Both the position numbers and the translations under genes were made by a program. The notes beneath the pieces are model-generated. The model was given only the letters and a program-made list of their open reading frames with translations, was not told where the DNA came from and made no database searches. Source: an uncultured Bifidobacteriaceae bacterium (GTDB taxonomy: Bacteria; Bacteroidota; Bacteroidia; UKL13-3). From it: a stretch of 41,913 bases of DNA. Where the stretch lies: contig CAYSBE010000005.1 in NCBI GenBank assembly GCA_964429245.1, positions 1 to 41,913 of the forward strand. Reading direction: 5' to 3'. This document shows positions 20,121-30,197 of the stretch, piece by piece (positions within the stretch are counted from its first letter, which is position 1; the number at the start of each line of letters is the position of its first letter).

Positions 20121-20909
20121 TCAAAGTCCGATTTTCTTAGCCTCATTCCAGTAAACATCCATTTCATCAAGTGTCATATCTTTCAGCTGCTGTTGGTTTG
20201 ATTTTGCTTGCTCCTCAATGTACTGAAAACGACTTAGAAATTTGTGATTGGTTTTTTCCAATGCATCATCCGGATTAATATTGTGTTTACGTGCAAGATT
20301 GACCAATGCAAATAGAAAGTCTCCTAATTCGTTTTCTATCTTTTTGTCGTTATTGGGTTGGTTAAATTCTTCTTTAAGTTCGGCAAGTTCCTCGTCTACT
20401 TTGTTCCAAACTTCTTTGGCTGTTGGCCAATCAAATCCTACTTGAGCGGCTTTCTCCTGCATGCGTAATGCTTTTACCAAACTTGGTGTGCCTTTTGCAA
20501 CTCCGCTTAATACGCTTTTATTCCCTTCCTTGAGTTTTATCTGCTCCCAGTTTTCTTTTACCTGATCTGCATTTTCAACAGTTACATCTCCGTAAATATG
20601 AGGATGTCTCACAATCAGTTTTTCACAAAGGGTATGGCAAACATCGGCAATGTCAAAGTGGTTATGCTCATTGGCAATGCGTGCGTAAAAAACAATATGA
20701 AGCAATACATCACCCAATTCTTTTTGAATTTCTTTTACATCGTTTTTCAAAATGGCATCGCTCAATTCATAAGTTTCTTCAATCGTTAAATGCCGCAAAC
20801 TTTCGTTTGTTTGTTTCATATCCCACGGACACTTTTCTCGTAGTTCGTCCATAATATCGAGCAGCCTTCCAAAGGCTTCCATTTGTTGTTTTCTTGTGTG
20901 TTGAGGCAT
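20121..20909 (-). CDS. mazG: Nucleoside triphosphate pyrophosphohydrolase MazG
   Basis: LREKCPWD, IEETYEL, ELGDVLL, RHPHIYG and a second MazG domain (ELGDFLF). Confidence 0.96.
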   Translation of the reverse strand: MPQHTRKQQMEAFGRLLDIMDELREKCPWDMKQTNESLRHLTIEETYELSDAILKNDVKEIQKELGDVLLHIVFYARIANEHNHFDIADVCHTLCEKLIVRHPHIYGDVTVENADQVKENWEQIKLKEGNKSVLSGVAKGTPSLVKALRMQEKAAQVGFDWPTAKEVWNKVDEELAELKEEFNQPNNDKKIENELGDFLFALVNLARKHNINPDDALEKTNHKFLSRFQYIEEQAKSNQQQLKDMTLDEMDVYWNEAKKIGL

Positions 20910-20975
20910 CGTATGTAAAATATGAATGCAGATTTACTAATTTAAATGTTATTAACCGAGCAATAGAAAGATGTT

Positions 20976-22208
20976 TTATAATTTGTATCGGTACGCTTTG
21001 AGCGCTTTTGCTTTCCATGCAGTAATTGATACAATTCCCAATGTCATGCATGCACCAAAAACAACAGAGGGCACAGTTCCCAATATCCTTGCCGCCAGTC
21101 CCGATTCAAATGCTCCGATCTCATTGGATGAGCCTATAAACATGGTGTTTACTGCCGAAACCCTTCCCCGCATATGGTCAGGTGTTTGCAGCTGTAAAAT
21201 GTTGGATCGTATTACCACACTCACACTATCAAAGGCACCACTAAAAAATAAGGCAATCATTGATAGCCAAAATAATTGCGATAAACCGAAAACCAAAATG
21301 CACACGCCAAAAGCACCCACACACCAAAGCAATACTTTTCCAGGATGTGAAATGGGTTTTGATAAGGAGAGTGCAATCATGGTAATACTTGCACCTAAAG
21401 AAGGCGCAGCCCTTAGAAAACCCAAACCTTCAGCACCTACGTTCAATATTTCATCAGCAAATACAGGAAGTAGAGCCACTGCACCACCAAATAAAACGGC
21501 AAACAAATCGAGTGAAATGGCATTTAGCATTACTTTTTCATTCCATACAAATCGAATACCTTCCATCAGTCGATGCCTAATGGTTTCTTTTTTGGTATCA
21601 ACAGGTATAGCTTTGGGTTTGATGCCAAATAAACATGCGACAGCAATAACCGTTAAAGCAACTACAACTGTGAAAGAACGGGTAATACCAATCCACGCAA
21701 AAAGCAAACCGCCTAATGCTGGCCCAACAATGGCAGCAATTTGCCAACTTGAACTGTTGAGTGTGGATGCTATGGCTAAATCATCTCGTTTTACAAGTTG
21801 CGATAAAAAAGCAAATCCGGTTGGAGCATAAAATCCCCTAGCGAACCCATGGATAAAAATATAAAAATACATCGCCTTTACTGCCCACTTGGGTCCTAAT
21901 CCAATAACAATATCATCTAAGTTTACAAATAATAAACCCAACGAACAAAATAGCATTACTGCGACCGACCTGATAAGTATCATCCTGCGGCTTTTAATAT
22001 CAGCTATGTGACCTGCATATAAGGCAACACTTAATGCCGGTATTGCTTCGGCCAAACCAATGAGTCCCAAAGAGAATGGATCCTTAGTGAGTCGGTATAT
22101 TTGCCAACCCACAATAACGGCTTGCATTTGCAAAGCTATAGTCAAGCTAAAGCGTGTAAGCAATAGATAACGAAATTCTTTGTTTCGAAGTAATTCGGCT
22201 GCCTTCAT
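20976..22208 (-). CDS. MFS transporter (EntS/DHA3-like)
   Basis: About 12 TM helices. GWQIY.LT, GHIAD...RR, LDLFAVLFGGA, TPDHMRGRV. Confidence 0.9.
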   Translation of the reverse strand: MKAAELLRNKEFRYLLLTRFSLTIALQMQAVIVGWQIYRLTKDPFSLGLIGLAEAIPALSVALYAGHIADIKSRRMILIRSVAVMLFCSLGLLFVNLDDIVIGLGPKWAVKAMYFYIFIHGFARGFYAPTGFAFLSQLVKRDDLAIASTLNSSSWQIAAIVGPALGGLLFAWIGITRSFTVVVALTVIAVACLFGIKPKAIPVDTKKETIRHRLMEGIRFVWNEKVMLNAISLDLFAVLFGGAVALLPVFADEILNVGAEGLGFLRAAPSLGASITMIALSLSKPISHPGKVLLWCVGAFGVCILVFGLSQLFWLSMIALFFSGAFDSVSVVIRSNILQLQTPDHMRGRVSAVNTMFIGSSNEIGAFESGLAARILGTVPSVVFGACMTLGIVSITAWKAKALKAYRYKL

Positions 22209-24061
22209 CTAAGAATATATTCCTGATAAAATAATTGTTCATAAGCTCGGGCCTGTTGAACCATATTTTCATAAACACTGTCTTTATTGAAAATGGTTTG
22301 TTTCATAATATGGTCGTATACCAAAGTTCCTTTTGGAGTTACAAGACCAATGCCATCATCGTAGGTATAGGTTGCAAATCCATTGTTTACGGTGTCTAAA
22401 AAATTCCTGCCCCAATTAAATGGGTTATTTATTTTACATAACTGCAGAAGGGTAGGAGCAATATCGGTCTGTTGGGCAATATTACGAATGGTTTTTCTAT
22501 GCCATTCATTTTTTAATGCGCCTCCAGTAATTATAAAAGGGATGTGAAATTTTTCGGGACGAAATGCTGGATGATTTTTAGGAAGGTGATGGCCATGATC
22601 GGATATTATAATAATGAGTGTGTTATTATACCATTCTTGTTGCTTGGCATCTTGTAGAAATTTACCCAATGCTTCATCCGAAAAATGAACCGCATTGCGA
22701 TAACGATCTGATTCATCAGTGCCTTTAAAAGTACTTTCATGTGGTACTTGATATGGTTCATGGCTGCTTAGGGTAAGTACAGTTGTAAAAAATGGCTGAG
22801 GATAAGTTGGAATATCTTTTGATAATTTTTGAAAAAGCTCATTGTCATGTACACCCCAGCTTTCCGGTGCAATCATTTTATCAAAATCGTGGATTTCGGT
22901 AATATGGTCGTATCCTGAGTTGATGAGATAAGCTTTCATATTGGCAAAATCGGCCTCACCTCCATAGAAAAAATGTGTGTAGTAGTTTTTCGTTTTTAAT
23001 GATGAAGCCAGAGAAGGTAAGTTATTAAATTTATGTATTCGGTTGATGATGGAGCTTTTGGGCAAAGCAGGTTGCCCACTAAGTATGGCACCTAACCCTT
23101 TGTCGGTTCGGTTTCCATTGGCATAAAAATTAGTAAACAATAAGCTGTGTTTAAGCCATGATTGCGTGTAAGGAGTGATTCCTTTTTCGCCATCGGTTGT
23201 CTCAACAACGTCTGCACTCCAACCTTCAAGTATGACAAGTAAAATGTTTGGATTTTCTTTATTAAGTATATCTATTGGTTTTCCTTTCGTTTCAAACAAT
23301 TCTGTTATGTATTGTTTTGCTTCTTCATCAGAGATAAATGAATAAGGATTTGTATTTTCTGGACTTCCTCCATCAACCAAGCCTGATAATAAATTCCAAG
23401 TTGTATTGAGTGCCGTATGGTTGGCAAACATATTTGAACTAAAGTAGGCCGCACTTTGGTTGATTGGAGCCATGCCCCAACTGCCACGTATACACAAAAA
23501 CAACAAGCCAAGTAGTAAAGGGGTAGCCCATAGTTGATTAAGCCACTTTATGTGAACTGCAATAGGATATAATTTTTGAAGGGTATATTTGAATAAAAAT
23601 CTTATTGACAGTAAAATAAACAGTGTACATATGATAAGATTTATAAATGGAATAGAACCTGAAAAGGCAAGGAGTTCTTTTGGGTATTTTGCAAATGATG
23701 AGGCATATAAATTTAATTTTTGTTGCCAAAAGTGATACAATACGGAATCAATAATGCCTATTAAAATTATACAGGTAAGTATGAGGTAATGGTAAAATAC
23801 CAGTATCTTATCTAACCGTTTGTTTTCCGAAAGCCATTGCGATAGCATAAAAAATATAAACGGAATAACCATGATATATCCTGTCATGGATAAATCAAGT
23901 CTTATTCCATATATACAAGCTTGTATTAAGTTTAACCATCCTGCATTATTTGCTAGATTGGTATTCATCAATATAAAACCTATGCGGATAACCTGAAATG
24001 CCAGCAAGTAGAAAAGCATTGTCTTTAGTAGAAATGATATTGAAGGCAGGATTCTACGCAT
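22205..24061 (-). CDS. LTA synthase family / alkaline-phosphatase-superfamily membrane transferase
   Basis: N-terminal TM bundle (GIRLDLS), then a sulfatase-like domain: NILLVILEG, GNRTDKG (Thr nucleophile position), TLSSHEPY, SDHGH. Confidence 0.88.
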   Translation of the reverse strand: MRRILPSISFLLKTMLFYLLAFQVIRIGFILMNTNLANNAGWLNLIQACIYGIRLDLSMTGYIMVIPFIFFMLSQWLSENKRLDKILVFYHYLILTCIILIGIIDSVLYHFWQQKLNLYASSFAKYPKELLAFSGSIPFINLIICTLFILLSIRFLFKYTLQKLYPIAVHIKWLNQLWATPLLLGLLFLCIRGSWGMAPINQSAAYFSSNMFANHTALNTTWNLLSGLVDGGSPENTNPYSFISDEEAKQYITELFETKGKPIDILNKENPNILLVILEGWSADVVETTDGEKGITPYTQSWLKHSLLFTNFYANGNRTDKGLGAILSGQPALPKSSIINRIHKFNNLPSLASSLKTKNYYTHFFYGGEADFANMKAYLINSGYDHITEIHDFDKMIAPESWGVHDNELFQKLSKDIPTYPQPFFTTVLTLSSHEPYQVPHESTFKGTDESDRYRNAVHFSDEALGKFLQDAKQQEWYNNTLIIIISDHGHHLPKNHPAFRPEKFHIPFIITGGALKNEWHRKTIRNIAQQTDIAPTLLQLCKINNPFNWGRNFLDTVNNGFATYTYDDGIGLVTPKGTLVYDHIMKQTIFNKDSVYENMVQQARAYEQLFYQEYILR

Positions 24062-24062
24062 G

Positions 24063-25112
24063 TTACTTGATTCCTCTTTTATTTAATGCCCTTTGGTACT
24101 TGTTTGCATTAATTTGGTGTGCCGCAAAATTTGTGGCAAAGCTATGATAACCCGAAAAGTCATCTTTGGCACAGAAATAATAAAACTGATGGCGTTGCAT
24201 ATTTAATACTGCGTCAATTACACGTGTACCGGGAATACAAATGGGGCCCGGAGGTAGACCTTTGTTTTTATATGTATTATAAGGTGAATTTATTTTGAGC
24301 ATTTCTCCCGAGACCCTTCTTATACTTTTGTCATTCATGGCATATATAATCGTAGGGTCGGCTTGTAGTAGCATACCCTTTTGAATGCGATTATAATAGA
24401 CACCGGCAACCACCGGCATTTCATCATATTTGTTCGTTTCTTTTTGTACAATACTTGCCAAGGTCATTACTTCACCGGGAGTTAGGTTAAGAGCAGCACA
24501 ATTATTCATTCTGGTTTCGTTCCAAAAGTTGCGATACTCCCTAGTCATTCTTGCGGTTAGTTCATGTGCATCCATATTCCAATAAAAATTATAGGTATTG
24601 GGAATAAAAATACAAATTGCTTGTGCCGGAGTAAGGCCTAATGAATCAACAAAGGTTGCATCGGTAAGAATGGTATGCAATTCTGCACTATCAGCCTCTA
24701 ATTGCCTCGACCAAAATCCACTTACATCAGCAATACGCTCAGCATAATTAAAAGTGATATCAAAAGCGTGTTGCCTGCCACTTACCAACAAGCGCATAAT
24801 TTGCAAGTTACTCATTTCTGCATCCAATTGATATTTTCCCGGCTTCACCATATTGGAATATCCCAATACATTGATGATACGTGCCAATGCATCTGTATTT
24901 TTTAATATACCTGTTTCTTTGATGCGTTCAAAATTCTCATTAAAGTCTAAATCAGTGTAAATATAAATGAATAGAGGTTTTTCTGTTTTAGTATTTACAT
25001 TGGTTGCAAACACGTCCTCATAGATCTTTATGCCTGCGCTCAATATCATGATTATAAAGATGGCGAGTATGATATATAAAATTTCGCGCGAACGTTTAGT
25101 CTTTTTAGCCAT
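24063..25112 (-). CDS. mltG: Endolytic transglycosylase MltG
   Basis: N-terminal TM anchor, LASIVQKET, LQADPT, SPYNTY..GLPPGPI. Confidence 0.95.
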   Translation of the reverse strand: MAKKTKRSREILYIILAIFIIMILSAGIKIYEDVFATNVNTKTEKPLFIYIYTDLDFNENFERIKETGILKNTDALARIINVLGYSNMVKPGKYQLDAEMSNLQIMRLLVSGRQHAFDITFNYAERIADVSGFWSRQLEADSAELHTILTDATFVDSLGLTPAQAICIFIPNTYNFYWNMDAHELTARMTREYRNFWNETRMNNCAALNLTPGEVMTLASIVQKETNKYDEMPVVAGVYYNRIQKGMLLQADPTIIYAMNDKSIRRVSGEMLKINSPYNTYKNKGLPPGPICIPGTRVIDAVLNMQRHQFYYFCAKDDFSGYHSFATNFAAHQINANKYQRALNKRGIK

Positions 25113-25115
25113 GCG

Positions 25116-27011
25116 TTAGCTTTTGGTATTAAGTGCCTGAATGCGTTTGCTGATTTTGGCCAACTCGGTAAGATTACCGGTTGTGGTATAAAATGAGGCC
25201 ATATTTGCCAACGCAGTTTTAGAGTCAGGGTCAAGCAAGAGTGCTTTGTTTAGGTATTGATAGGCAGTTTTCAAATCGTTTCGTTTGATATAGATATAAC
25301 CGGCATTGCTCCAAGTTTCTGGTTGATTGCTGTATTTTTCTAGGGATATGTTAAACATTCTCAATGCTGCGTCAAGTTTGTTTTGAAGATAATAGTTCAC
25401 TGCCAGTTTATTGATAAACTCATATTGGTCGGGCGAGAGCAACGTGCATCGCTGTAGCCATATTTCGGCCGGTGAGGTAAGATTTATTTGCTGATAAGAT
25501 GCGCCAATGCGGTAAGCAAGCCAAGGGTCGTTGCACTTTACAGCCTGCAAGTCATTTGCAATTGCAGTTACACTTCTAAAATCATTTTTCAGGTAATACA
25601 CATGTATCATCATGGCTTGAGAGCGCTTGTCATTTTTTATTCCTCTTAAAATAAGCAATGCTGAATCAAGAGAAATAGGCTCTCCTTCAAATTTCTCGTA
25701 ATAATTAATAAAGGCTTGTGCCCTAGAAATATCATCCGGATGTGAATTGTTAATGCAATACAATCCTGCAAACTGTTTTAATTTGTTTTCGTCAGTTGTT
25801 TTTGAAGGAACTTTGATTTTGTGGTCATGAACGGTTACGTGTGGAATATCTATTGTGCCCGAACGCGGCATATGGCATCCCACACAATTATCGTTTGATT
25901 GATTGCGTAGTTGTTTTTCTTCTTTACATGCTGTCTGCATGTTATGACAGTTTCCACAAGCGGTATTAAAAATTTGTGTGCCTGTTTCTTTTACACTTAC
26001 ATGCGGATTATGGCAGGTAATGCAAGTGAGTTTACTTGTAGCTTGTTCTTTGGCTGATTTTAAAAAACAATCACTCAATTGTAACCGCTGTGCATGTGAT
26101 GCCATGATAAATTCGTCTTCGGCTCCGGTGTATTTTGGCATAAATACATCTACATAATCAGAAAGGGTTTGTCCGGGACGAAATTGGGTAAATAATTTCC
26201 CTTGCTTCAACACTGCATTGCCTTGCAGGTGGCAGCGTTGGCATAAATCAATTTGACGTTCCCAGCTTAATTTAGCCGGGTTCACAATGGTATAATCAAT
26301 TTGCGTGGCGGTATCAACCAATTTGCCGGCCAACTTTTCCTTCACATGTATTTCCCCCGGTCCATGACATCTTTCACAATCAATTCCGTTTGGAACACTC
26401 ACAAACTTTTGGTCATTTGCCGGATTTACAACTGGCATAGCATTGTGGCAACTCATGCACTCAACATTGATGACACGGCTAAAACGTTTGTTTCTACCAT
26501 CTTCAAATCCGGGTGGCAACTCCCATTTCTTTTCTTGTGCATACCATGTAAGAGGTAATTGACTAATGTACCCGTTGTTAAATTGCAAATGGGAATTGGT
26601 ATGCTGACCAGATCCTACGATGAAATCAACGCGTTCTATTCTTTTATAAATGGTGTCTTTGCCATCAAGCCTAAATTCCATAATGAAAATGGAATCACCT
26701 TGGCTAAATGGTTTGTAATAAAAATTTAGCTTGGCATCATATACGATATGTTTGTCTCCGAATGCTGCTGATGAACGCTGCATAGTTGCGTGTCCAAAAG
26801 ATTTTCCCATTCCGGTACGGATATAGGTATCATAAATATCACCGTGACATGACCTGCAGGTTTCAATCCCCACGTATTTTACTGAGTCCTGATGATTAAG
26901 ATAAGGAGAGTTGTTTGATACGGTTGAGGCTTTGTTGCAAAATATATTGATAGAAGCAATGAATGTAGCCGATGCAATCAAACACAAGTATATAATCCGC
27001 TTTGGCTTCAT
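25116..27011 (-). CDS. Exported multiheme c-type cytochrome (7 CxxCH) with C-terminal TPR repeats
   Basis: CRSCH, CMSCH, CERCH, CQRCH, CITCH, CGNCH and CVGCH. N-terminal hydrophobic signal/anchor. TPR-like tail (WSNAGYIY...A.QYLNKALLLDP). Confidence 0.88.
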   Translation of the reverse strand: MKPKRIIYLCLIASATFIASINIFCNKASTVSNNSPYLNHQDSVKYVGIETCRSCHGDIYDTYIRTGMGKSFGHATMQRSSAAFGDKHIVYDAKLNFYYKPFSQGDSIFIMEFRLDGKDTIYKRIERVDFIVGSGQHTNSHLQFNNGYISQLPLTWYAQEKKWELPPGFEDGRNKRFSRVINVECMSCHNAMPVVNPANDQKFVSVPNGIDCERCHGPGEIHVKEKLAGKLVDTATQIDYTIVNPAKLSWERQIDLCQRCHLQGNAVLKQGKLFTQFRPGQTLSDYVDVFMPKYTGAEDEFIMASHAQRLQLSDCFLKSAKEQATSKLTCITCHNPHVSVKETGTQIFNTACGNCHNMQTACKEEKQLRNQSNDNCVGCHMPRSGTIDIPHVTVHDHKIKVPSKTTDENKLKQFAGLYCINNSHPDDISRAQAFINYYEKFEGEPISLDSALLILRGIKNDKRSQAMMIHVYYLKNDFRSVTAIANDLQAVKCNDPWLAYRIGASYQQINLTSPAEIWLQRCTLLSPDQYEFINKLAVNYYLQNKLDAALRMFNISLEKYSNQPETWSNAGYIYIKRNDLKTAYQYLNKALLLDPDSKTALANMASFYTTTGNLTELAKISKRIQALNTKS

Positions 27012-27014
27012 GAA

Positions 27015-27320
27015 TTAATTTTCGAACGCATCCCTCCAGGCCATCATCCCTCCAAGTAAATTTCTTACGTTGGTAAATCCACTGTCCATCATGTATAATT
27101 TGGCATTCCCACTTCTTGCACCCGAACGGCAGTGCACAATCACTTCTTCATTTTTTAAAGTATTTAGTTCAGATAATTTTTCAGGCAATGTTCCAAGCGG
27201 AATGAGTTGTGCACCTATATTAAATTCTTCAAATTCATGGGGCTCTCGCACATCAATGATGTGTAGTTTTTCACCATGGTCCATTCTTTCTTTTAGTTCT
27301 TGTACGGTAATGTCGCTCAT
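27015..27320 (-). CDS. Single-domain rhodanese (sulfurtransferase)
   Basis: IIDVREPHEF, active-site loop HCRSGARS, NLLGGM.AW. Confidence 0.93.
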   Translation of the reverse strand: MSDITVQELKERMDHGEKLHIIDVREPHEFEEFNIGAQLIPLGTLPEKLSELNTLKNEEVIVHCRSGARSGNAKLYMMDSGFTNVRNLLGGMMAWRDAFEN

Positions 27321-27332
27321 AAGGTTATTGAT

Positions 27333-30197
27333 TTATTGTTGAATAATGAGTTTTTCTGTGCTGCTATTTCCTGTTTCATCTGTTACCTGAATCAGGTACA
27401 TTCCATTTGTCAGCAAAGGCAAGTGTACTTCTTTTTCAAGGTTGGATTGATGAAGAACTATTCTTCCTTGCAAGTCAAGAATACGAATATCAAGTTTGCC
27501 TATTTTACCCGGGGCATCAATACGCAATATGGTTGAAGCCGGATTGGGGTAGATCACTACTTGTAAGGTACCTTTTTGAATCTGGGTTTTAGCTTCAATT
27601 TCTTCACTGCCTACCGGAGGTGTTAGCCATTTGCCAACAATTGGACGCATCATGGGAGTGCCGCGTACCGAGGAATTACGCCAAAGGTCACGTATTTTAT
27701 AAGCAAGATTTGGATTAACCGCTGTCGAACCATCAATCTCAAAATTCTCATCCCAACCTACATTTAAATTATATATCTGAGACTGTTCCCAACCAATATA
27801 AAATATTCCGGCAGGCAATAAAATGGGTTCGTCAAATTTAAAATAGTGGAAAGCATTATAATCGTAAAAGTATTGAGGTGCTTGTAAGGAGAATCTTTTT
27901 AAAACTGTTTCTCCTGTTCCGTTGCTGTTTGTTGCAATTGCTTGCCAAACCATTAAGTCAAATGTACGAAGAGAAACATCTTCAAAAGAACGGTTAAAGT
28001 GCATACTGATTCCAAATAGGGTATCCGGTTTGGCCAATTCATAACCCAATGCCACGCCACCGTAATCCAAGTCTATTCCATATCCACTTTCGGCACTGCC
28101 GTCATCGTATGCAAAAAAGTTGCTGAAATACGTTGGCACAACCACTACATCATTTGTAGGTATGTTATCTGTACTTCCAATAATTCCGGTGCGATAGTTG
28201 GTATTAAATTGAATGGTATCAGAAGTTGAAATACTGGGTAAATTTATAGATGTATTAAATGCTACACTGGTATCACTCAATGCAAGAAAATTTGGTATGA
28301 GGTTGGCAAAAGAATCCAATGTAAGGTTGTTGTTGTTTTTAATTACCCTGCTGTAAAGTATTGGTGTGTTCAGATTAAAATTATTACGAATAAACATCCT
28401 TTGGCTTGCTTTTGTAAACAGACTTGGATTCACAATATAATGAGCATAAGGCATGCTGCTGTATGGTTTGAGCAGTGATGTAGGTTTGGTTGTAATCGCA
28501 ACATCTCGGTAAGCATCATTTCTGGTGCGACCTTTGTCAAATTGAATATAGTCAATATGCCAGTGATTGATATTGCCTGTACGGCTGCCAATATTCCTGA
28601 ATAGAATTTGTACATCATCATGAAATAAGCTGCTGTCAAATAATACAATATCAATTCGGGTAAAGCGGTCTTTGTTTAATTTAACTGCGCTTGTGTTCCA
28701 AATGGTTACAAAAGATGCAGGGTTGCAAGGATTATTGCGGATATTGAGTATCAGTGAGTCATTGTTGTTTGGAGCTTCGCCCCAGCCTTTGGGTTGAATA
28801 TAAAATGAAAGAATAACAGAATCAGAAAATCGCAATCCGGCTAAATTAAATGATCGCGACAGCAGACTATCACACAAGCCCCTGCCTACACCATAAGGAG
28901 TAGCATTGGCATCTAGTCCATCAAATGTTGCTACACCAATACTGGGCGGATTTTTTGCAAACTCTTTATTTACATAAGTTGAAGTACTCTTCCATTTTCG
29001 CTGATCGGGAATGATGTCTGATGATGAAAAATCTTCAAGAAAGGGAAGGTATATTTTTCCTGAAACCTGAATGCCTCCTAACAGCATTTGAATGGAGTCC
29101 GATGATGTATAGGTAACTTTTGAAATAAACCTGAACTGAAACTGTGCATGTTTAAACACTGTATTGTTGAGCTGAATGGCATTGTACACAAATGAGTCAT
29201 TTATTGAACGACCTGATTGCCACATACGTTGCCAGTTTCCGGAAATCGTTTTGCCTTCCAAAATGATGGAGTCGGTATTGCGTGTGTTGGTTGTGCTGCT
29301 GTAGAAAAAACGCAGTAATACGGAATCAGTTGGCAAGAATGCTGTTAAATCAATTAAATGAGATTGCAGCGTATCCGAAAATCCGGTTTGTGCGCTTGCA
29401 TTGTCATACACACCTCCGGTATCATTGAATGCATTAAACAATACAGCTTTTGTTGAATAAGGGCCATTCGCAAAAACATTTCCGGAAGCAACAGGCCAAT
29501 TTTGAACAGAGGGTAACGCACCATTTGATGAACTCAGGAAATTTTCATTAAATGGAGTTGAAGCATATTTACCAAATGCTGTGCTGTGTAGCAAGAATGT
29601 TTCAATATTGCTCACCTGTTGTTTAGAAATAAGTACAAACCGAAACTGAATTTGCGCCAAGTCAAAGGAGTCAATCGGTACATTCAATGTGATTTCTCTA
29701 AATGTTTGGTTGCTTAGTGATGAGGTCCATTGTGTATGAAAGGTCCCATCGGCAAATCGCCATTGCAACAGCAATGAATCTGAATTGGTCCAGTTGCTGC
29801 CCGTTGAATACACAAACTGAAAATAATAGGCATCGCTGGATGGGGTAAGGGTGATTTTTTGTGAAGATAGAATATCGCAAGTATCGCTATTGCCGGGATT
29901 GGAAATATAAACGAATTCATCTTTGTCCAATGCATTAAATACTGCACACTGATTTGTGGTCAATACACCATTTGTAAGCCAGAGGGAATCTGCTAGGGTG
30001 CCGCGGTTAAATCGTCCGATATGCGGAAAAATACTTCCATTTTTTGAACGTATGGGATAAGATGAAACTGCTTTTTCAACTTGTAATGGATGCGGATTTT
30101 GATAATATGGAGTAAGTACTTCTTTGCCTTGTTGCGCAACCACAAGGTGAAAAGTGAAAAGTAACGGAATAATCAGAATACGTTTTATAAATCTCAT
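27333..30197 (-). CDS. T9SS type A sorting-domain protein with three tandem beta-sandwich-like repeats
   Basis: Signal peptide. C-terminal IYPNPAS...DLQGR...GMYLIQV...KLIIQ. FAYDDGSAE.GYG motif and internal repeats. Confidence 0.9.
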   Translation of the reverse strand: MRFIKRILIIPLLFTFHLVVAQQGKEVLTPYYQNPHPLQVEKAVSSYPIRSKNGSIFPHIGRFNRGTLADSLWLTNGVLTTNQCAVFNALDKDEFVYISNPGNSDTCDILSSQKITLTPSSDAYYFQFVYSTGSNWTNSDSLLLQWRFADGTFHTQWTSSLSNQTFREITLNVPIDSFDLAQIQFRFVLISKQQVSNIETFLLHSTAFGKYASTPFNENFLSSSNGALPSVQNWPVASGNVFANGPYSTKAVLFNAFNDTGGVYDNASAQTGFSDTLQSHLIDLTAFLPTDSVLLRFFYSSTTNTRNTDSIILEGKTISGNWQRMWQSGRSINDSFVYNAIQLNNTVFKHAQFQFRFISKVTYTSSDSIQMLLGGIQVSGKIYLPFLEDFSSSDIIPDQRKWKSTSTYVNKEFAKNPPSIGVATFDGLDANATPYGVGRGLCDSLLSRSFNLAGLRFSDSVILSFYIQPKGWGEAPNNNDSLILNIRNNPCNPASFVTIWNTSAVKLNKDRFTRIDIVLFDSSLFHDDVQILFRNIGSRTGNINHWHIDYIQFDKGRTRNDAYRDVAITTKPTSLLKPYSSMPYAHYIVNPSLFTKASQRMFIRNNFNLNTPILYSRVIKNNNNLTLDSFANLIPNFLALSDTSVAFNTSINLPSISTSDTIQFNTNYRTGIIGSTDNIPTNDVVVVPTYFSNFFAYDDGSAESGYGIDLDYGGVALGYELAKPDTLFGISMHFNRSFEDVSLRTFDLMVWQAIATNSNGTGETVLKRFSLQAPQYFYDYNAFHYFKFDEPILLPAGIFYIGWEQSQIYNLNVGWDENFEIDGSTAVNPNLAYKIRDLWRNSSVRGTPMMRPIVGKWLTPPVGSEEIEAKTQIQKGTLQVVIYPNPASTILRIDAPGKIGKLDIRILDLQGRIVLHQSNLEKEVHLPLLTNGMYLIQVTDETGNSSTEKLIIQQ

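Noticed and set aside
20121-20909. MazG as a toxin-antitoxin or abortive-infection component
   Set aside because: It is the ordinary tandem-domain housekeeping MazG with no mazEF or defence neighbours.
20971-21831. 286-aa + strand ORF antisense to the MFS transporter
   Set aside because: It lies almost wholly opposite a well-supported hydrophobic gene and has the Ala/Pro/Thr/Lys composition typical of such shadow frames, with no motifs.
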